Source of the DNA: Prorocentrum cordatum
Lineage: Eukaryota
Direction of reading: 5' to 3'
NCBI GenBank assembly: GCA_963575745.1
Contig: CAUYUJ010000303.1
Span: 186,001 to 250,000, forward strand
Length of the DNA stretch: 64,000 nt
The position numbers and the translations under genes were made by a program. Within the stretch, counting starts at the first letter, position 1, and every line of letters starts with the position of its first letter. Shown here piece after piece: positions 47,273 to 60,356 of this stretch. The notes below the pieces were generated by a model. It searched no databases. It worked only from the letters and a program-made list of their open reading frames with translations, and was not told where the DNA came from.

Positions 47273-50200
47273 GTGCGTCTTGCGGCTGAGCTTCGCCGCC
47301 TCGCCGCCCACGGAGGGACAGGAAAAGGAGTAGGAGCAGGCGTTGGAGGAGTTCACACGCCTACCTTCGACCCTTCCTCTCGTCTTCCTAAGCCGGGAGC
47401 AATCCCTACTGCGTCGGGCGCAAGCCCCACTGGTCCCGATACTCCTGGGCGTTTCCGCGCATCCCGCCGTTGGAACAGTGGCTCTGGCCCAGCCAGCCCT
47501 GCCACCATACCCGCGTCGGCGAAAGTGGCGGCATTCGAGGAGCTCGGCAGACCAGTGGCGGCACAGCCGCAGACGCAGTATCTCAAGGTATCATCATCTC
47601 ATCCGACACCGCACACACACGGACACGGCCTTAGCCGCAGCTCGCCCATGCGAAACCTTCGTGAGGTCACAGGTCCCTACGACGAGAACAGGTCGAGCAC
47701 GCGTGCGGCCTCTCGGGGGGCAGACGCCCCTCACCTCTTTCTCTCAGACGACCTGCCGGCGGCTACGCCCGCTTCAGGTGACCTCGCTGAGCTGCGAGAC
47801 CAGGTTGAAACCTTCGTGTCCAGGCAGTACTCTGGACTGGTGCAGAGCGTTCAGACGAACGCCGCACACACTGCTGCTCTTCGGTAAGAATTCGACGGCG
47901 CCTTAGCGATCATAGATTCCAGGATCGCCAAAGATCGCCGTGTCCTAGGAGAGCTGCAGTTTCAGGTTGACCGCGAAGTGTCACACTCAGGTGAACGGTC
48001 CGCGACGGTCGAGCACCTGCGCAACTACCTCGCGCAGATGGAGCAGCAGCTTGTCGTCGTCCGCGACACAGGCGTTTCTGCGGTCAGGATCTTGCATGGC
48101 GAAATCCATGATCAACTGCGCAATCGACCCTCCCCCCCCTCCGACCGAGGCGCACGACCTCGGCGACGTTCACTCCCGGATCAATGATATCCGATCACAT
48201 GTGGAACACACTACGGCTACGCTTCGTGCTGAAGCATGTACCAATTCGTCGACCCTGACCGGGATGTTGCAGAATACTGAAAGAGTCATCGCTCAACGGC
48301 TTGACGCGACCAACGCTGTTGTGCAGCCCCTCAATGACCGGATCTCTGTGATCGAGCAGCGTTTACCTGGAGTACAGGGCGCCCTGGCAGAGTTGCGTGT
48401 TGGACGAGCCCAGACTGGCCAGCTGGGATCTCCTCCTACGGTTTACGATTTGGCCCCCTTCGCTGACAGGTGGCAGGAAGTTTGGAAGTCGGCGGACCAC
48501 GCGCAGCCTGTGCTCTCCCAGGCCCTTCGAGACAGAGTTGCTGAAAAAAGGTGCGTGTTGGGGGGTGTCTCGCACGTCTGGAAAGTGAAATGGAAGCGCG
48601 CAACGTCCGTCTCCGAGCTTGCGAGCAGAGACTTGATCGGTATTCCCAACGCTCTCGGGACACTGACGAGGAGATCACTTCGTCGAAGCACGATCTACGA
48701 TCTGAACGCCAACAAGTTGACCAAATACACGAGGACATGACGAACTGAACGAATCTACTGATCGACCACACCAACGACACTACACTTCACCCTCAGCCAT
48801 CGCCAGGCTTTGACAGGCCGACGGCAACGTCCGCTGAAGCACCGCACGCTGCTGTCGGACAACCAAGACGTAGGTCACCAGGAGCAGCCTCAGCGGCAGC
48901 TTCTGCACAGACACGCCACGTGTCTCCAGTGCGCGCAGAACCAACTAAGGGCGGTGTACCGGTACCCTCACAACCACTGTCTGCAGTTTCGGTTAACAGT
49001 ACTACTCCGATCAAGGAGTCCGACTCCGTACGAGTCCCTATCTTGCCCAAAATCATTCAGCTTCTTGAGCGGCAGCAAATGGTTGGGAATAATTTCGGAG
49101 CCGCTTCAGGGCGTCCCTCTATAGCATACGCCTTCCCCTGCGTCGCCGAACAACCCGGATATGCCTTTGAAGACTTGCAAGGCAGCGGTGTTTTTAAGAG
49201 CATCGACTGCAAGCTCGCAGCTGCTCTCAGTGACATCTTGTCCTCTGAATTGCGCTTCAAGATCAAGCTCATCGAGGCCAAGAAACACAGAGCTGGACGA
49301 ACGTTGAAAGGTCGCCAGATCTACTGGCACACCCTACGGTCCTACAATGTGACCGAGGTCGACGATGACCTTCACGATTTTGAGCGCCTCGTGGAATTGA
49401 GGGTGAGAGACGAAGATCTGCAACGATTCACTACTGAATGGGACGCTCTATTGTTGGACTGCCGAGAGGCACCCGACCACAAGATCCTCGAATCTCTGTT
49501 TCGCATGGGTGAAACAAGATATGTACGAGTATCAGAGAATGAAAATGAGCGACCCACATCGTACCTACGAGTGGCTTCGTCAACGAGTTCTCGACGTTCT
49601 GGAAATGAAACAACTCGAGAAGAACCAGAACAAGCTACGGTACGAGTATGAGAATCTCTCTCAGGTGAACATCTGCGCTGCATGGAACACAGGCAACTGT
49701 CGGGATGGGGATCTTTGCGCGGCTTTGCATACATACTCCAGGGAAGGCAGACACGACAGATCCCCCCGTTTTTCGAACTTCGAACGCTGGCGGCCACGCC
49801 CGCCGCAGCGTGTCTGCCCCTGCGAGTTCCAAAAACAAGCCAGGCATGAAGCACGTCTGCTTCGAATTCGCCAAGCGCAGTTCCTGCGCGCGCGGTGGCA
49901 AGCGCATTTCCCGTACATGGCGCAGCGCAGTTACTTCGTCCAGAATAATTGTCACAAAGGTGACAAATGCAAATGTGCCCACCTCGCTGCTGGTACGAAG
50001 ACACCTGAAAGGGGCCCCAGCCGTCCGCGGAATCCCAGTCAGGACAGCCGCTGCCGCCCACCATCCCGCGGATCTGGGAGCAGACGCTCTCCACAACGCG
50101 GGGGGTTCTGGAACGCGCGGGGCTCGTGCAAACGCCGACGCGACCGTTCTCGATCATCCTCCCGGAGATTTACAACCTCTCGAAGCCAGTCGAGAGGTCG

Positions 50201-50654
50201 ATACGATAGATCATCACGATCACCCTCCCGAGGCAGAGACGGACGTGGCGGAGGACGTGGCCGCGACAGATCATTAGGCAGCGACAGAGGACGTGACCGA
50301 CGCTCCATGAGCCGCAGTTCATCTCGTGGCTCTCCTCGGTATCGCGCACGTCCCCCTGCTATTGGTCGCCGCCCACGCCGCTCCGACCGCGGTTGCGTCA
50401 TCCGTGACAAGACCCTCATGGCCGTGCACAAGGCCAAGAATGCATGTACCACGCCACGACGTCGGGCACGTTTCGACACAGACAACGTGGAGTACTTCCC
50501 GTACACTGTTTCCAGCAAGGCCACTCTCGACACGTGGATCGACAAACCGAACGAAGGCGACATTGTCAACATGCCAGACCCGCTCCCACAGTGGTGGTGG
50601 AAACAGAGTGGTCAAGCTCTTCAATATTGCCAACGCGAAGCTCAATTATGGTAG
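47273..50654 (+). pseudogene. gag: gag-like region: coiled-coil, capsid-like block, three CCCH fingers, RS-rich tract
   Basis: FKSIDCKLAAAL...GRTLKGRQIYW...DLQRFTTEWD block, CAAWNTGNCRDGDLCAALH (49674-49730), SRSQSRGRYDRSSRSPSR. Position between PBS and protease. Confidence 0.7.
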
Positions 50655-50681
50655 AAGGACCTCCAGGACTACCTAGTATCT

Positions 50682-53600
50682 GTGGCAACACCCACTGCGA
50701 TTCCAGGTTCTCTCGATTTCGCTACGGAGTCACTTGGGACGATCCAGGAGTCGGTGGCGACACCTACTGTCGACCCTCCACGGTCGACAGCCGCCCTGAC
50801 CCGCTTCTGGGTTCTCGACAGTGGCTCTGCACACCACATCAAGGACAAGAACGAGCTTACGCAGACCGAATCTGATCGCATCTCTATCCGCGGGGAACAT
50901 TCTCTGGAAACGTCCAATGGTTACCGTGCTGTCAACGAGCACTGCGATATCGAATTACCAGGGGTAGGCTTACGGAGTTCAGCTTTTGCCCTGCCTGATT
51001 GTCTTTCGTTGCTCTCAGTGGGACAACTGATTGAAGTTGATGGTTTTCGGCAATTTCGGGACCCCGACCTGGGCTGCCTGCTCCAGGATCCGGGGGGCTA
51101 GTGGTGCAAAGCTCCCGTCAACAACCGGGTACCAGAACTACCCCTCGACGATCTTGGAAAAAATACCACCACCACGATTGTGCACTTCCACAGCACCACG
51201 ACGTCGCAGGCGCAAGCGTTCTCCTTCACGCTGCCTTGACACATGTTGGTGCTGCAAGGACCCAGCGGAGTTACCACCGACATCCGAACCACGGCTCCAC
51301 CGCGAGAATTGCCCGAAGAGACAATTCAAAGTTTCGCCCTGTGGCTCGATTACGTCTCAGCAGCAATGTTCATCTCACTCATGCGGGGGGCCTGCAAGCA
51401 CCTGCGGGGATGCCCCAGGCACAGTTCAGGCAGATCCCATCGATCCGATCGACACCACGTCGTCCTACCTCGAGGATCTGCCGGTGTCGACGCATGCTGA
51501 GCCCCACTCCGATGGTGACCCTGTTCGTCCGAACCGCCAAAAGAAGTCCATCGATCCCATGCGCTACATGACCCACAGCCCTAAAAACCCCGACCGTGAG
51601 GTCTGCTCTCGCACCATGGCGCAGAACGCCCCGTGCAGACGACAGCGCAAGCCGCATCCGCAGGCAGCCCCCACGGACGAGGACGCTACCTACGAGGCTT
51701 TCGTGCCGAAGAAATTCGGGGAGGCGCTGACTGCCGACCACGTTGTCTTGGCCAAAGACGATGCCGCTGACAAACATGGCGACAAGTGCGCACTCGTTTC
51801 CTCGACAGATACACCGGCATCATCATGGCATATCCAGCCGTGCACAAAGACGCAGCTACAACGAAGGCATCTTTTCAGCAGTTCATCGCCGCGAACGACG
51901 ACGTGAAGCATATCTATACAGATAACTCCGGAGAGCTTTTGAAAGCGCGCCGCCAGCTGGGATGACGACGCGACGCTAGTACTCCTCATCGTCCACAGAT
52001 GAATGGACTGATCGAGCGCATTGTCAAGATCGTCATTCTGGGTACTCGAGCTGTGTTACACATGTCTGGGCTGGGACACGAGTGGTGGAAGGAGGCCATG
52101 CAGGCCTTCTGCTGTGGACACAACTTTGTGCATGTATCCACTGGCGTTGCTGCCCTCAGCGATGAGCACGCAGAGAAGACAGCGCACGAAATCCGATTTG
52201 GTGAAAGTGTTACCGGGCACTGCATACCTTTTGGTGCTCGGATCTTTTGGAAATGCTTCAATCCCGAGATCAACGATGAGACGGCGAAGTTTGAAGAACA
52301 TATTCGGGAAGGGTAGTTCATGGGTTACCATCTACACTCGGGTGGACGTTTGTCTGGAGATTATCTCGTCTTGGACACGGCTACATACGCCAAACACCCT
52401 GACGGCGACTTGTGTCACGTGCACAGAGTCAAGGACATCATCATCCCGGACGGTACGTCCACCTTCCCTGTGAAGGGCGGTACGCCCCCTGGGCGACACA
52501 CCTTCCCCTGACCTACCGCTCACCTACCCGACCGAGTGGGGGGACCCCTCTCTCATGCCGCCAGACGCCAGTCCAGCTGCTGCCCATCCATCAGCTCCAG
52601 AAGTCGCTGCACCAGCGCCAGAGCTTGTTTTTGGGAGCAGCGTGGATAATGCATCATCCGGCACATCCGTACCCCGCGAAAGAAGCTTTTCCGTCCGACG
52701 GACGATGTGATACATATTCCTGTTCCTGTCGATCAGCTTGATGTCACAAGGGACTTCGAGACGACTTCTACTTTCCCAGGCGAGAGTGTCTTTCGAGACG
52801 TTTGGGACGGTTTTAGTGCCGCAGACCACCGTGAACTTAGTGAGCTCCCCAAGATGTTGCCAGTCGGCGAGATGGTGGTCTGCGGTCGTGAGACACGCGT
52901 TCAGGCTACTACGCGCCCAGACCACATCCTTCCCGAACATTGGAAGACTTTGTCCCGAGGCCAACAGAAGAGAGAAATGGACTACGCAGAAGACATCAAA
53001 CGAGCCCGCGAGGTACGTGAGCGGGCTGCCCTTCGGGTGTAGACACGACAGGACCAACGAGCTAAAATCTTTCGCACCACAACGGCTGGTGGACTTACAT
53101 GGAATACCGTGGAACGCCGCATTACCTATGATATGGACAGCGGAGCTGTCATTCGAGACGAGGGCGTCAAGGGTGTGACAAACAAGGAGATCCTGTATGC
53201 CAGAATTCCTGGTGGGCCACGCGACATTACCACAGTATTACATTACCGCCTACCCTAAACATCGCCTGCTGGAGTTGCACGTTCTCTGGTATTGATCGAC
53301 TGTGAGGGGGGCTACGACTTTGGGCGTGTGAACCCGCTCAACCGCAAGTTCACCCTGCCGGTGGCAATGCCCACTATGCCACGTGGGCCCGATTACACAC
53401 AGGTACACAGAGAAAAGCGACCTGCGCCATCATGGACACGCCCTGCCCTTGTTACACGAAATCTGAACAAACGCGAAGTTGCTGCTGAGCCACGAGCACA
53501 AGAGGCCCTACGCAAGGAATACGAACGCCTTGAGAAGAAACAGGCATGGATGATAGAAGCCGCTGCTGAAAAAGAAGACGTTGAGGTAGAAGCGATTCGT

Positions 53601-55620
53601 ACTGGGAGGAAAATTCACTTCTTCAACCAATTGGAGCTCTCATATGTGAAACATGAAGAACTTACTCCGGAACTACGCAAGTTCAAAAGGCCGCGTGGTG
53701 GTTCAGGGCAACACTGGCAAAGACGAGACTGGCTTAGCTGCCATTTTCGTTGACGCGGCGTCCAGTGCGTCACACATTGAGGCTTCTAAGCTTTGTGACG
53801 CCACCGCTTTATTGCCAAACTCCGGACGGCCAGATTGACCCGGTCGGTACGTGGATTACGCTCCCCAAGTGGCGTCAGCTTGACTCCTGGGCTAAACGCA
53901 GGAACCCAGTGTGCCGACTCCGCTTGGCACTCTACGGACACCCCTTGGCAGGCGTGTTCTGGGAACGCAAGTGTCGCACGTGCCTGGGGGGCGTTGGTTT
54001 CGAGCCCATCCCTGGCTGGGAATGCGTGTGGAGACGCAAGAAGTTGGGCCTGATACTCTCCATATACGTGGACGACTTCAAGCTTGCGGGACCCGCCGCC
54101 AATCTTCAGGCCGGCTGGGACCTGGTCCGCTGGAGCGGCATTGAGCTCGATCCGCTTACTCCGTACTCTCAATACCTTGGCTGTGGACAACAGGCTTATG
54201 ACGTTCCGCGGAGCGTCTTCGACAAGCGGATGGCTACCATTCGCCCAATGTTACCCAACCACAGCGAGAACTATTATCATACAGCTAAACAAGTCCGCGG
54301 TATCCGACATGATATGCTTGGCTTTACCGACCAATGCATGAGCGCTACCTTGAGTGCGCCTCTAAGCTTGCCAAAAATGCAGGCTCACGCCGAAAACGCT
54401 CCGACTCCCCGAGGGCTTTGCGATCTACATCGCTTGGTTCCTCTGGGTCGGTCGCGAGACCCGCTGGCGTTCTCAACGCTCGGTCGCGATCGTCCAGCCG
54501 AGCTGGGTCGATCGAGAGACCCACTGATCTTTCGCGTATTACGACTGTCACTAACGACGACCTTCCCGCCGCAGAGACACCTGGTATCGAGGGCACTTCC
54601 TTGACTGAGTCCGATTACTCTGACGAGGGCATCCTCGGCCAGGACGCGGCGAGCGTGTTGATGAAGATTCTCTACCTGGCACGATGCTGTCGTGTTGATC
54701 TATTGCACCCGGTGTGCATGTTAGCCAGAGAGATTACCAAGTGGAACACTACGGGTGACAAACGCCTTCCTCGGCTCATCTGCTACCTCAAGACGACTCG
54801 CACACATTGTCTAGATGGACGGACAGGTGATACTCAGGACCAGTTGTCCATCATGCTCTTCGCTGATGCCTCCTTTGCCGACTGCATTTCCTTGTCTCAG
54901 TCCACCACAGGCATCTTCGTGGCGTTCGTTGGGCCAAACACATTCTCCCCCGCCAATGCCGTGTGCAAGAAACAGACGGTCGTCTCTCACTCCTCCACGG
55001 AGTCCGAGATCGTCGCTCCTTGTTCTGCACTACGACTTGAGGGTCTTCCACTGCTTTCCTTTTGGGAGGCCGTGGTGGAGGTTGCCAGAACCTGCAGGGA
55101 GAAGACCAATTGCATAGGTTGCTTGGGATGTGTCGCTACGACGATATGTCCAACCCTGGCCGCCAAGCAGCGGCGGCGTAAGACGCCGCCTCGCAAGGCG
55201 GCCCTTCAAGGAGATCCCCCCCTAGCCGGAGGCAGCTCCCGCTGCAGTCGGAGACGCGCGCGACTCCCAAGAGGCGCACGATTTCCCGCGAAGGTATCTT
55301 GTTACACGTGGACCCAGAGCCGGCTCCTACGAGCAGCTCGCCTGAGGTGCACCTTATTGTCCTGGAGGACAACCAGGCCGTGGTCAAGATTGGCCAAAAG
55401 GGGCGTACACCAGCTCTGCGTCATCTTCATCACACACATCGTATCAATTTGGATTGGATATGTGAAACATGCCTTTTCGATCATGTCGAGCTTAAGTATG
55501 TAGGTACTAAAGAACAGATTGCCGACATGATGACCAATCATTTTGATCCCAAGAAAGCAGATCTCTGGAGGGATTTATTGGAACTATCGCTTATCTTCCC
55601 CTTCGCTCCCATGCAGTGTC
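50682..55620 (+). pseudogene. pol: copia pol: aspartic protease, integrase, reverse transcriptase, RNase H (frameshifted)
   Basis: PR: WVLDSGSAHH (D at 50817). IN: HSPKNP..VC, LTADH, IYTDNSGEL, PQMNGLIER. RT: KGRVVVQG, WITLP, ALYGHPLAG, SIYVDDF (54065). RH: FADASFA, SHSSTESEI, EDNQAV, QIADMMT. Confidence 0.95.
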
Positions 55621-57183
55621 CTCCGAGGGACCCTTGGCGACCGTTGAGAGGGCCCAGGAGGCCAGACGGTCTACCTCACATTGCCGAACTTCCGAAGGTT
55701 GATGGATGCGAAGAGGGTTGTGATATACTACTCACTGGCCGTGAAATCTGGGGCGCGCCAGGTACACGACGCGGACAACAGTGCGTGGGGCCAAAGGAGC
55801 ACGAGGGACTGCATGCATGTACCATATCGGCGCCCCTGCCGGGGCTGGATCCTCTCGCCAACCTCGTGCACGGGCCCGTTCGCCACGCGGTAGACGCTCT
55901 AGTCAGTCCTCTTCGTCCACCCTCGGTCCCGCCCACTCTAGGACGTTTGTTATGCGATCACGTTGCTCCCGCAGCTGTTTTACGACTCGAGCAACTACGC
56001 TTGCCAGCATCTTGCTCGCACCGCGCGCACCTACTATTAAGGGGAACGGTTCCGCCCCCGATTTTCCCTCATCTGAGATGCCCGAGGTCCCACCTCTCCA
56101 CCTTGTCGGCCGGGCCGTCGGCGGCGCCGTCCGCTGGGGTCCCGAGGCCGATGATGATGATCGCGTGGGCCCTGCGCTTCTGCTCCAGACAGGCCGCAAT
56201 CGTGAAGGCGACGAAGGATACCACTTCCTTCATCAGCTCCGCCTAGAACAGCGCCGAGTACCGCTTGCGCGCGCCAGACGACTCCGCGCTCGTCGAGACC
56301 ACCCGCGCCGCCACGCTGGACGTGACTGGGGCGGTCGGCAACAGCATGGAGCCTGTCGGCGGCAACGCCTACTGTGAGCACAACACGGCTACGGTGACCT
56401 CATGGCTTTCGATGTTGAAAGCCATGGGTACGCTGTTCAGGAGGCTACCCGCAACTTCCCTGACCATCTGAGCGCCACGATCCCTGGTCGGGCTGGTTCT
56501 CGAATGTGCCCTCCAATGGACCTCGCCACGCAAATGCTGGATGCCGAGTGGCGGATCTTGCATAATGATTGGTCGACGGTCGGGTGCGCTATGCTTAGCC
56601 AGTGGTCGGAGGATACGGTCAAGGAAACGACATATCTGTATGGGCGACTACTTCATGCCGCCAGGCCTCTATGTGGAAGGATTAATGATTCCGAATCACG
56701 CGCGCCCTCTTGACCGAGAGCAAGTGAAATTACCAGTGCGGGCTCCTGCCTTGGCCAGGACGTCCGCTGTGCCGGGACAAATCGGCCGTGCTGTGGAGGA
56801 CCACCACTACCTCCAGCAAAACAAGAAACGCGCCCGAAAGCTCATTAATTACTTGGCTGACGAAGCGTGGCGGTGTTGGAGGGATTGGTTCTAGTCCCCA
56901 GACGGTGGCAACACCTTCTGATCACCCTGCCGGCTGGGAACCTTTCCCGCGCCTCGGCATGCAGCAATAGCAGCCCTATGAAGAGGGCGGCCTTCGCTCG
57001 TCCGAGTTCCCGGAAGGAGACGAGCCTGGCGCTACTCCAGGATCCATGTTGGGCTCATTGGAATTACCCCAGGTGAGATACAGCGCGTTCTGTGGTGGTC
57101 GATTGGTCAAAGCCCTTCTCTCCGAGCGAGGCTGGACGGGCATGGTACAAGAGGACTTGGGACCTGCAGGCCATGCGTACAAA

Positions 57184-58150
57184 TGGACTTGTCTCTACAC
57201 GGATTCCACATGGATCATGCACAAGAAGAAGGGTGACAAGGCCGAGGACTTCAAGCGCTACGTCGGCCTTGTACCGCTCTTTATTCCATGTCTCAACAAG
57301 GCAGAGCACATGGGCGGCGCCACGCTCGAGCATCTGGCAACTATGATCCGCGACGACATCATGATGCGGGCGTTCTCGCACGAAGATTACAAGGAATTCT
57401 TCAAGCAGAACGACACACCCGTCGGCCAGGGTTTGATCTTATTGCCAGAAGCCGGTGGCGACACCCGCTGCGATATGCAAACCCTTCGTGCACGTGCTGC
57501 TGCGGTGCAGGAAGAGCGTATTGCACAAGTTCTACAGTTGCAGACCGCTGCCACGGTCGAACAGCGCATGATGATCGGTACGATTCGTCAGGCGCGAGCC
57601 TTACTGCACTGCACTGACAATGCTCATGTGGCAGAGTGGCGCAAGATCAATGAGCAGATCTGGGAATATTGGAGCACAGCGTCCCCTGCATATGTCAAGC
57701 AACGGCACGATTGCAGAGGCCTTAATGCTTTCGTTGTTTGGGGTGTCAATGATATCGGCTGCGCCAGCAACAACCAACAGTGGTTAGACGTACGGCGCCA
57801 TGCTGATCGTGCTCCAAAAGGACTGGACGGCCCGAGAACAACCACATCAAGTACGAGAACGGCGTTCCAGAGCACATGCCTACACACGTGGAGGTTGATG
57901 TGTCACGATTCATTGACGTGATGCAGTCTTTTCGATGCCCTGCAGTAGTGGGCCCAGGTTTGTCCAAACAATGAGTCTTGCACCCCAACTTCGACTACCT
58001 GACATGTGACCTCACACGTCACATGAAGGCCAGAGGTATCGCTATTCTGCCTGCGGACCAATGGATCAACTCCTACGACACGCTATCTCCTACGGCTTGG
58101 CACGCCGAAGTGAACAGTTACAACATGGCGATGATGACGACTCAGTGCAA
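57184..58150 (+). pseudogene. SGNH/GDSL-hydrolase-like domain in the cargo
   Basis: Blocks in the correct order: LYTDST (57193-57210), GGATLEHL (57313), FVVWGVND (57730-57753), AWH (58095-58103). Blocks I and V are non-canonical. Confidence 0.5.
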
Positions 58151-59541
58151 CGACGCCGTTTGCTACCGCATTTTCTGCGATGTTATTTAATCATTACCTT
58201 ATCAGCCATATCCGTTTCGACCACCACTAGTGAAGGCCTTGACGGGTTCCCAGGCATACTCCCAGGCCAAGGACATATCAGCGGCTCTGGACTTCCGCAA
58301 CAGGATGACGGATAATTGGAAGCGATACCACTGCCTTACCACGTTGATGATTCAGGCCGCCAAAGAGATGGCCCAATGTGCTTGGATGGCTTCATGTGCC
58401 AGCGGCAACTTACTGCTATCCATGCCGGTGGCAGCGCCCGCTGATGAGCAGGTTCAGCAACGTCGCCCCGTTCCAGGGACGTCAGGAGAGCCTCCATCGG
58501 CATCGCCAGCACCACATAGCACAGATGATGACCCGTTCTGCCCGGCATACGAGGAGCTGTGCTACAGCCTGATTCTCTTGATCGACGCGTTCCCGGGCGT
58601 TTGGGCATGTTACGATTCCGATGGAAGGAAGACACTACTGTCGCAGCCCAACCTCCATCCCATCGACATGCATGCACTCACCTGTGCGGTCTACGAGCAG
58701 CTCGTAGACAAGATCGAGGCTAAAGTGGAGGCAACTACGGCAAACACCAATCGCATCATCCGAGAGCGCGCGTTGCTGGCGCCTCTCTGTGATGGGCCTC
58801 GACTCGACAATGCGGATACCATCCAGAAGTGCAAGGGTTACCGCGCTCTGACCGCTCTGGACCGCATCGATCCGCAGGAAGCCCCCCCGAGAGCACCGCC
58901 GGCACCGCCGCTCGACGCACCGCCCTCCGCGATCGAGCCAACGCCGGCCGCGAGGCCCGCTGCAGTACCTTCTGCAGCCGAACCTGCGACGACGCCGGCG
59001 CCTCTGCCCAGTCCGAACAAGCCGCCACTGCCACCGGGCCCACCACCGAAGACCATGCCGGCCACGCGCTCTGTCGCAGGGCCGCCTGCCCATCCCCCAT
59101 CGGACGCAGACATGGCTGCGGTGCTGCAGGCAACTCCTGCTGACGACGTTCCTACGTCCGTTCAGCGTTTGGACAGAATGCGTGTGCTTCCATGGCAGGA
59201 CTGCTGTGAGCGTTCTTCCCATGAAGAGCCAAGTCAGTTCACTATGTTCGACAATACATGCACTCTTCTTGAATATAAGCTCCGTGCGCAACAGCCAGAT
59301 GAGCATCATCACGTGCCCCCATCCACTTCGGGGCACGGGCGCGCCAGGAGGCATGCAGTGCATCGCTGACAAGGTTTGGGCGGCTCAGTTGGACTACGAC
59401 GATTGCGTGATCACCCACGCGCCTGATCTCGACCATTCTGGCTGCTTTCCTGAATGTAAATGGATTTCTCTACCACCATACAACGAAACGCCGCATGGTC
59501 CCGACCTGATATTGACAAAATATATTGGCCGCCCCAACTAC

Positions 59542-60356
59542 ATGAGCAAAGATATCACGACTATGCTTCGCCACATCTCGTATAGCAAGCACTTCAGCAT
59601 CGATCAGTTCACTGATCGGCGTATTAATATATGGAAAAGGCGCTCAAATGCTAGGTGGAAATGCACCAGCACATGGCGTTCCTTCGAAGAAATGGTGGAG
59701 TGGGAATTCTACAACCGTCGTTATCGCAGCAACGGCCCATCCGATGAAACAGCCATTGAGCACTTCCTTAAAGACGGCATGGACTGGGAAGCCTGGACTG
59801 ATTATTACCCGATCTTTATCCTTCGTGCTTTACAGACGCACATTGATGCAGAGATGAATAGGGTTGAGATCTACGGTGAACCATTATCCGCCGGGAGCAA
59901 TCCCCGCGGCTTCGATGGGAGCAGCGTTATTGCCATGCGTTGTGTAGGCGGACATAGTTCGGTCAATCCGCGTTCCCAGCCGTGGAACATGGGCTGGGAA
60001 AGTCTACAGTGGACCGACGTGAAATACCGCCACCACGGCACGACATACCGTGCTTGGAGCAACATTTTGACGCATGGAATCATCCCAGGATATCAAGACA
60101 CTACTCAGCGAGACAACAGCATCAGGAGGAACCGCGCACCGAAGCCTTCTACAGTTCGAGTACGTACATGAGGGGTGCGCAGCCTAATCCCCACACGTTT
60201 GTCCCACCATGCAAGTTCAATCCTTGGAAGAACGAGGTGAAGATCGTGATTGACATGTATATTGCCACACAATCTGGCTGCAGATTCTGGCTTGGCGCCC
60301 AAGGCGCTATCGTTGCCGAGGACGCGGTTCCTCCCGCGGCAATTGTGACCACTCGC
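59542..60356 (+). pseudogene. tpt1: Tpt1/KptA-family RNA 2'-phosphotransferase (ADP-ribosyltransferase fold) domain in the cargo; one frameshift near 60135
   Basis: MSKDITTMLRH (cf. LSKxLSxxLRH), MNRVEI (cf. KQRFxL), MRCVGGHS (cf. IRANQGHS), HHGTTYRAWSNILTHGIIPG (cf. HGTxxxxWxxIxxxGL), RxR-TEAFYS, EVKIVIDMYIATQSGCRFWLGAQGAIVAEDAVPPAAI (cf. IxIDxxxAxxxGxxFxxSxNGVILxxxIPP). Confidence 0.85.
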
